From Octopus vulgaris (Eukaryota), in contig OX597819.1 of the NCBI GenBank assembly GCA_951406725.2, positions 100,626,001 through 100,690,000 of the forward strand: 64,000 bases of DNA, given 5' to 3'. The notes under the pieces were generated by a model. That model saw nothing but the letters and a program-made list of their open reading frames with translations, had not been told where the DNA came from and did no database searches. The translations under genes were made by a program, and so were the position numbers. Numbering within the stretch: position 1 is the first letter of the stretch; the number at the start of each line of letters is the position of its first letter. Below, piece by piece: positions 55,104 through 64,000 of this stretch.

Positions 55104-55761
55104 CTATAATTCAAAACATAGAGTTGAAAAGATGTACAATGTGGAACATAATAGATTGTGAATAGATAATTCATATAACGTATATCAATGCATAATAGCC
55201 ATTTCTATTTATAAATCTATCAATATACATATTATTGTGCGAATACGAATATAATGTATGTGTTTGTAACTATTTATATGTTGCAAGTTTTCAGTGTATT
55301 TACATTAATATTCAATTTTCTATTTATGTAGCAATTTATAGTTCAAACTATTGAAATCTATCCATCATTTTGTTAACATATTGTCAATTTGGTAGCCATA
55401 TATATCTCAATATGTATTCCCTGTTCAGGCAATATACATATCTACTTACGCTGATGCATATACAAGTGAGTGTGTGTTCGTGTGACTGTGCGTACGTTTC
55501 CATAAACCTAAGGATGTCCTTTTAACTATATGTTTAACAAAGTTCATTGTAGCTAATCTAATTGGGTCGACCTTATGTATTCATGTAAGTATGTATATAT
55601 ATGTGAGGAGGTGCATGGTTTATTACTTATATCCTAGACTGTGGTTTCGATTCCTGAGCAAGATTATGAGTTGAGTTCCTGAGTAAAACAATTTATTCCA
55701 TGTTAATCCAGCCTCCCTCAACTGATGGAAATGAATATTCCTGCACACACAGACTCACACG

Positions 55762-55822
<61 letters not shown>

Positions 55823-56167
55823 ACACACACACACACACACGCATATTTTCTTTTATTCTTTTACATCTTTCAGTCATGTGACTACGGCAATGCTGGAGCA
55901 CCGCCTCTAGTCGAATAAATCAATCCCATGTCGTATTCTTTGTAATCATTCTATCGGTCTCTTTTACCGAAACGCTAGGTTACGGAGACGTAAACACACA
56001 AACAACACTTGTCAGGCGATGGTGGGGAGACAAAGACAGACACATATGGGCGCTTACCCAAGGTGCTATGCAGAAGGACTGAACCTTCAACCATGTGGTT
56101 GGGAAGTAAGCTTCTTACCACGCAGCCACTCCTGCATCTATACACCTAATATATATATATATATATA

Positions 56168-57008
56168 TAGAGGAACAAAGGACAACAAAAGTCAAGGGAG
56201 GACAAGTAGCTCAAGTCATTCAGAATATTTAATTAGAGTAAAGTGAATATGAGTTATTTAATTATTTGATTAATTAATTAATTAATGGATGTCTTACAGC
56301 TGGGATATCCCAAGTGATAGGTTAGAATCTCCATACACTGGCTCATCAGAGACAAGGTGAGTATGTATAAACGTTCTACATAGGGAATTTACAGTGTATA
56401 GAGTAATAAAGCAGTAGTTAGAAGTATATAGTATATATATAGTAATAAAATAGAGAAGAAAATAAAGTCCAAAGCTCATCATCTCCTAGAGGGTACGGCG
56501 TTTGGTTCGTACTACCATGAATTTATAGGTCCTTAAATATAATCCTAGCTAAGTCCAGACAGTATTTTGGCAGTATTTTGAATATTGCGTTTAAGTTCAA
56601 GGAATAGCTCAAATAGTTAGCTAGTATGAAAATTCTCTGCTTCGATTTAAATTAAGGACCTATGCCTTCACGGAAGTACGGAACAACCTCCATACCTTCA
56701 GGAAGAAGATGAGCTGTCAAATTTATTCTCCTGTCAGCATTATTCTATCTACTGTGTTACCGTTTATTCTTCTATCTATTATTTTATTCCTTTATAAACT
56801 GTAACTTCTCCGAGTAGAACATTCATACATACTCACCGTATCTCTGATGACGGAATACACAGCGTATGGAGATACTAGCCAATCAGCCGTAAGACATTCA
56901 ATAATTAATTAATTAATTAATTACTCAAATTCACCTTACTCTACTTAAATATTCTGAATGATTTGACATACTCGGCCTGCCTTGAATTTATTGTTTTTAA
57001 CTCTCTAA
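56168..57008. repeat. Diverged fold-back element of about 840 bp
   Basis: Paired segments include tcattcagaatattta/taaatattctgaatga, ggtgagtatgtat/atacatactcacc and ataggtccttaa/ttaaggacctat. CTGATGA occurs in each arm. Confidence 0.9.
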
Positions 57009-57015
57009 TATATAC

Positions 57016-57129
57016 CTGCTAATTCGGATGCCTACTACGGATCCCTTGCTCCAGCATGAGCTGTGAATATGGAATATAACGGATTTCTAATTATAGCACT
57101 TATACAGTGTATCTATTCGTTTACATCAC
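57016..57129 (-). pseudogene. Candidate 114-nt phase 1-1 exon with stops
   Basis: Acceptor tttctttcacag and donor cag|gtatat. It reads GDVNE*IHCISAIIRNPLYSIFTAHAGARDP**ASELAG. Confidence 0.35.
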
Positions 57130-57210
57130 CTGTGAAAGAAACCCCTCATATTCTTTATATCTATCTATCTATCTATCCATCTATCTGTCTATCTATCTAA
57201 ACACGCACAC

Positions 57211-57254
<44 letters not shown>

Positions 57255-57981
57255 CCTTTTATTTCATTCTTTCACTTGTTTCATTCAGCAGGCTGAGGTC
57301 ATGATGCAGCGCCACTTTGAAGAATTTTAAATGAGTGAGTCGACGCCAATTTTTTATTTTATTATGTATTAAGCCTGGTAATTAATCACTCACTTTGTAT
57401 GGCCGAACAGCTAAGTTACGGGAATGTAAACAAACCAACGCCGGTTGACAAGCGGTGGTAATAGTGGAAATAAACGTGCAAACGCACACACACAAGGTAC
57501 ACACTCATATACACACAAACACACTCGCATATACATATATATATGTATTTATATATGTATATATATGAACATATATTTTTGTATATCTCTCTCTCTCCCT
57601 CCCTCTCTCTCGCTCTTTCTCACTTTATATATATATATAATGAATATATATGTATATGTATATTATAAAATGAATGCCTGCCTTTATAATATAGAAAAAA
57701 AGTATTATTTAGCACATCTCAACGTAACTACTCACTTCTGTATAAGTGTATTAATATTTTAGAAATCCCTTGTAAATCTAGATGATTATCGAATAAGGGC
57801 TATCATTATATGCTCCTATGATTGCCAAAGAGTTAAATATGATACATTTATTTTTAAATCTGAGCTTTCTAAAGCCAGATTAAAAATAACGAACGAATGA
57901 GTGCTAAATTTATTGCAAAGACCCAGTTAATACGAAGGTCAAAGCATATAAAGCATAAAAGTATTTAGAATCACGTGCTAT

Positions 57982-58024
<43 letters not shown>

Positions 58025-58067
58025 GAGCATGTACTTCATATCCATTCTCATACAGATGGAAATATAC

Positions 58068-58170
<103 letters not shown>

Positions 58171-58316
58171 TATGCACTTATATGTACGTATCTGTGCATA
58201 TACAGAAGACACATGTACATACATTTATGAGCGATAAAAATGTTAAAATCCGCCTCTATATAGATTTAGGTAAAATATATATAAAGAAAAAAGAACAACA
58301 GTATAATACAACTAAC

Positions 58317-58422
58317 GCGCACATGCTCATGAAAAGGTCGGTAAGAGTGAAAAGAAAGAAGACAAAATTGCCAGGCTTAGAATTGCAGACACATTATGGA
58401 AATATATTCATCTCATGAGTAT
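58317..58422 (-). pseudogene. Signal-peptide-like exon, paralog copy 2 (frameshift)
   Basis: Acceptor ttatag and ATG 58394. It reads MCLQF, then after a 1-nt deletion [16 protein letters not shown]. Probable donor gttagt. Flanks are homologous to the other copies. Confidence 0.55.
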
Positions 58423-59191
58423 CTATAACGCGAAAGTAGACATAAAAAGGAGAGCACTATAGAACATAATAGCTTCTGAATAGATATTTCATATAATGTA
58501 TATCGATATATTCATGCATAAATGGCCTTCCATTTATCAATCTGGCGATATACATTTATAACGGTGTCTATGCATATCTGTCAGAACGTATTTATTTGTA
58601 TCTACTTATCAGTGAGTGTAACTACATCGATATACAGTTTTCCATTTATGTATCAATTTATGTATCACACTAACGACATCTCTGTGGCTTTTGGTTTAAA
58701 AAACTGTAACGTACGGAAGCAAATATATAAATATGCATTTACCATGCAAGCTACCTGTCTGCCAATAAAGGCACATATCGACTTATGCACACACACATAT
58801 ATATATATATGTATAGATATGCATAGACACACACACAAACACATTTATATACATGCATACACACACCCATACACATACACACATATATAAAATCACCTAT
58901 AATTATGTATTTAACAGGACAATATTTTGGCTAATAATATTACATGTATATTATTAGTCTTTATCAATAACTCTCACACATCGCCCATCTTAAAGAATCA
59001 CTTGATGTTTATATATGATAGTCCAATGTGTTCATATGTATACACATATATATATATATTTGTGTGTGTATATAAATACACGTACACACACACATAGTTA
59101 CAATGTGTATATCAATCTCTCACTTTCTCGTTCTCCCTCTGAAGCGACATATGTATCTATCTATCTGTCTGCCTGTCTGTCTGTCTGTCTA

Positions 59192-59327
<136 letters not shown>

Positions 59328-59331
59328 TCTA

Positions 59332-59369
<38 letters not shown>

Positions 59370-59564
59370 GTGTTAGAGTAGACCGCATAGTGGTTGCTCT
59401 CTTATATTTATATATAAAATGTATGAAAATTCGGGTTTTATATGCACTAAGCCACTAGGTGTTAAATGGATGTACTATTAAATTAGTATAAAAATATATG
59501 TATCTATAAAAATATATGTATGTATATGTATGTATACATATACATATACATATACATATACAGT

Positions 59565-59907
59565 GAAGGCGCATGGCTCAGTGGTTAGAGCGTCGAGCTT
59601 ACGATCGTGAGGTTGTGAGCTCGAATCCCGGACGGGGCTGCGTGTTGTGTTCTTGAGCAAGGCACTTTATTTCACGTTGCTCCAGTTCACTCAGCTGTAG
59701 AAATGAGTTGCGACGTCACAGGTGCCAAGCTGTATCGGCCCTTGCCTTTCCCTTGGACAACATCGGTGACGTGGAGAGGGGAGGCCGGTATACATGGGCG
59801 ACTGCTGGTCTTCCATAAAACAACCTTGCCCAGATTTGTGCCTCAGAGGGTATCTCTCTAGGTGCAAACCCATGGTCAGTGCCTGACCGAAGGGGGTCTT
59901 TACCCTT

Positions 59908-59908
<1 letters not shown>
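59565..59908 (+). mobile_element. tRNA-derived SINE family D (CORE-like body)
   Basis: A box tggctcagtggtt, B box gctcgaatccc and body gtgttgtgttcttgagcaaggcacttt. Confidence 0.85.
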
Positions 59909-59909
<1 letters not shown>

Positions 59910-59939
<30 letters not shown>

Positions 59940-60385
59940 TGTATGTATGTATGTATGTATGTATGTATGTATGTATGTATGTATGTATGTATGTATGTAT
60001 GTATGTATGTATGTATGTATGTATGTATGTATGTATGTATGTATGTATGTATGTATGTATGTATGTATGTATGTATGTATGTATGTATGTATGTATGTAT
60101 GTATGTATGTATGTATGTATGTATGTATGTATGTATGTATGTATGTATGTATGTATGTATGTATGTATGTATGTATGTATGTATGTATGTATGTATGTAT
60201 GTATGTATGTATGTATGTATGTATGTATGTATGTATGTATGTATGTATGTATGTATGTATGTATGTATGTATGTATGTATGTATGTATGTATGTATGTAT
60301 GTATGTATGTATGTATGTATGTATGTATGTATGTATGTATGTATGTATGTATGTATGTATGTATGTATGTATGTATGTATGTATG
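59910..60385. repeat. Pure (TATG)n tract of about 475 bp
   Basis: Direct reading. It abuts the SINE 3' end. Confidence 0.98.
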
Positions 60386-61027
60386 TTGTGCAATCGAAGT
60401 AACGTTTAGCTCATTATGAGCAACTACTTCATTGCCAAAAATAGCAGCACAGATTGAGAAAATTATCATATGATGCAAGCTGCATGATTTTCACCGCAGT
60501 TAGCTAAGAATGTCGAATAAATAAACTGAGGTTCGAACCCAGAAACACAAGCGCGCATGCACGCATCCACACACCAACAACCGTACACACAAACGCACAA
60601 ACATACATACATACACACACATATACACAGGTAGGTTTATCTGCATTTATTCTTGCATGTATGCCTGATTAAAAATATAATACCTAACTTACAGCCATAT
60701 AACGTTATAGTCAGTTTTGTAACAGAAGAAAATGCATACTAAAATACATACACGCGTATGGTGTGTATATGTGTGTGTGTCTGTGTGTGTGTGTCTGTGT
60801 ATGTGTATGTGTAAGCATGTTGATAAAACAATAACAGCTATTTAACTTTTACCATATGTTTATATATATATATATGTATATTGGTAAAAACGGTAAGATA
60901 ACAAAAGAAAGAAAGAGACCTCAATATTATGTAAATAGAGGAAATTTATCTATAAAATAATATGTACAATTACTCAATAGTCAAGATAAAACTCTGAGTT
61001 TCAGATGCCGAAGTGGAAATCCACAAC

Positions 61028-61248
61028 AATTGCTAAACAGGACAGGAAATTTTAAGGCAAGGCAAATATCTGAAGTCATATGCAATATTATTATAGTGAG
61101 AAATTCAAAATTTTTCAACTGTTTTGGGGATATCACTCGGGGATATCCTAGAATCAGGTGTAATATTTTGAATTTCTTCCTATAATAATATTATATATGT
61201 CTTTAGATGTTTGTCTTGCCTTAAAGTTTACTGTCCTGTCTAACAATT
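61028..61248. repeat. Fold-back palindrome of about 220 bp
   Basis: acaggacaggaaattttaaggcaag pairs with cttgccttaaagtttactgtcctgt. aatattattatag pairs with ctataataatatt. Confidence 0.9.
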
Positions 61249-61356
61249 ATATATCCGGTGCATTGGAAATCTGCAATGGCTCCATAACAACCGACTTGGC
61301 TATAACCTTCGAGTCCCAGTAATCTGTTACACCAATTACCTACCGCACCTAATCGT

Positions 61357-61390
<34 letters not shown>

Positions 61391-61554
61391 TAAACAGTAA
61401 AAATAATTACAGACATGGACAAGAACATGAAACAGCACAGAGACGACACAAGAACCACAGGACGGGACATTCGAAGCCCTCAGTCATCAGTCAAGAACCA
61501 GATCATCTTAGCAATTTCGGCTGATTAATCTTGGTACGTACGTACGTATGTATG

Positions 61555-61618
<64 letters not shown>

Positions 61619-61629
61619 TCTTTTTAATA

Positions 61630-62027
61630 TAAGCTGAAAGTTTATGGTGATCACCTTGCAAGGAAAATTGTCTAATATCGGGGCATATAAGCTCTCGGCA
61701 AAAAAAGGGAGGCTTTCCTATCCGTGTGAGACTCGAACACCCATCCCTTTTTTAACGCGACTAAGTGTTCCTGTACCATTCGCACCGAAAGCATATGGAA
61801 AGTTTGTTTACATAAGCAAATATGAACTAATACATTTCTTAAATTTGTCAGAAACATGGAGGCAAATTCACTTGTGTAAAAGTAACACAGTCACGTTAAG
61901 AAAGCATGTGGGTGCGAGTCCCGAGCGGAAAAGAAAGCCTTCTGCTTTCTGTCGAGGGCTTATATGCCCCGTTATTACACTATTTTCCTTAGTCATTGCA
62001 CGGTGGTCGTCATAAGCTTTAAGCTTA
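61630..62027. repeat. Fold-back element of about 400 bp with diverged arms
   Basis: cggggcatataagctctcggca pairs with tgtcgagggcttatatgccccg. The termini are taagct and agctta. Confidence 0.88.
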
Positions 62028-62259
62028 CCATTATTATAATTTACAGGATTGTAAAATACGGCAACGAATATGTATATATATGTATCTCTGGGTGTGTATG
62101 CGTGTCTGTATTCTTATATATATAAACTGACACACACATAAATTTATACGCATGTTTTGCATTTATGTACTAATGTATGCATGTATACGCACGTCCATGT
62201 TTGTACCTAAACATGTATGAATGTAGGTATACTTAACACGTTCATTAAAATAAACCTAC

Positions 62260-62341
62260 CATTAGATCGAAACACTAAGACATTTGGTAGATCTCCAAAT
62301 AATAAAAACAGAAATATAAGCCTTATGAATTCTTGATACAT
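62260..62341 (-). CDS. Signal-peptide-like exon, paralog copy 3 (open frame)
   Basis: ATG 62341, MYQEFIRLIFLFLLFGDLPNVLVFRSN and phase-1 donor g|gtaggt. The homologous acceptor reads ttattg rather than ttatag. Confidence 0.6.
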
Positions 62342-62660
62342 TATAGAAAATATATTCACATCATGAATATCAATAATGCCAAAAGAGAGTTGAAAAGCAA
62401 ATTATTGTTAGGTAATAAAGATTATGAATAGTTTTTTCATAAAATCTATATCAATATATTTCTAGGCATGCAGCAGCAATCAGTCTACCACTACGTATTC
62501 GTAGCGTTTTCTTTTATTTCGTACATATCATTCGCATTTATATTTGCTTGTCTGTAGATGTATATATGCATCGATACCCGATTGTCTCTTTATGTATCAA
62601 CTGACATATCAAACGAAAGGTACAATCCAATCTTTTGTTTACAAATCGATATATTAATAA

Positions 62661-62707
<47 letters not shown>

Positions 62708-62750
62708 TGTTTTTACCATGCAATCTTGTTATATATCCAGGCAACTATGA

Positions 62751-62859
<109 letters not shown>

Positions 62860-63201
62860 TGTGTGTGCGTGTGAGTGTGTATAAAGGCAGATGGATGAAT
62901 GGATGGATAATATGATATCCCACTGGAACAAACACTTCTTGAACATCTCTTGAATATATTTTTCAGATCTGAAATGAATATATGTAAATGAAAACGAACA
63001 CTCATTTATAATAATGTATGCCTGTACACACACAGATCCACAGACACACACAAGCACATACACACACACAAACACAAACACACATACACTATAAATATGC
63101 AAATTCATATATATTCTCTTAAAACTAATGTAGTTATATAGAACGCACGTAAAAGTGTGAGCATTTACAAATATTACAGACATGTGTATGGCACTGGTTG
63201 G

Positions 63202-63247
<46 letters not shown>

Positions 63248-63449
63248 TCGTTAGTGTATCAAACAGTTCATACCTACTTTAGTATAAGTACATAAAACAA
63301 TGAAGCGTAGTAGGAGAATGATCAGGTTAAATGCGTTATAATTTACGTATTATATGCATTCACTGTGGGATTTTGTCTAACAGAAACCTTTCTCCAAACT
63401 CTTTGTGTTATAAGACATTTCACTGATCTCTATATATGACATCAACGAT

Positions 63450-64000
63450 CTAACAAATACCGCCTTTGGAATGTTTTAACCTCCTCGAATGTAGACACTA
63501 CCATGGCAATTTAGAGTTAAGACAGAAAGCTTGCTTCTACATACAGAAGATGGCAAGCAATACTTTTATCTGTGAAGGCAGAGTCAAGCCAGGCTTCAAG
63601 TATTTTACTTGAAAAACTCGAAATAGCGAGTACCAAAATACAGATGAATATATTAACAATCGAATAGGTAACTACCAGTGAGGAAGCGAAACCATAACGA
63701 GGCAGTTTGCTGAAACTATTTGAGCGAAACGGAACAATATCTTTTAACATAAATTGTCCCGTGAGAGAAATTTTTCTCTGGAACAAACTACCGTAGCAAA
63801 AAGCTTTTTAGGTTCTTGAGAACATGGTAAAAATAAGTGAGGAAATTGTATTCCTGGGTGGGGATATGGTTGCTTAAAGTGACGAGACACTTGACTGCAC
63901 ATGACGTCGTTTTCAATGTCAATGTTTTTGGATTCAGTATGTTTCTTATAGAAGATGCGTGGTTAAAGGATGCACAGAATAGGTTATGCATATTTGTATG
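63450..64000 (-). mobile_element. Decayed Penelope-like GIY-YIG region
   Basis: TGQFMLKDIVPFRSNS...TDKSIACHLL resembles the PLE KDxxP...S.I..HL endonuclease region. Confidence 0.5.

Overview
Eukaryotic, AT-rich, repeat-dense DNA. The SINE and microsatellite content most resembles a cephalopod (octopus-like) genome, which is an inference. No intact protein-coding gene is evident, and almost all listed ORFs are microsatellite or antisense artefacts. The window contains decayed R4/Dong and L1/Tx1 LINE pieces, at least five Penelope-like (PLE) RT or GIY-YIG remnants, a fused mariner/Tc1 remnant, four tRNA-derived SINE types (one forming 184-bp head-to-tail arrays), many long fold-back palindromes and several hammerhead-ribozyme-like cores. 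Between the repeats, the minus strand carries a series of splice-site-bounded, mostly phase-1 exon-like segments: four signal-peptide-like exons (three clearly paralogous), several decayed CUB-like exons, small Cys-containing exons and a pair of 3' exons. Together they suggest a tandem, largely pseudogenised cluster of secreted or surface CUB-domain genes, or a cassette array. All assignments were made by eye and need confirmation by search.
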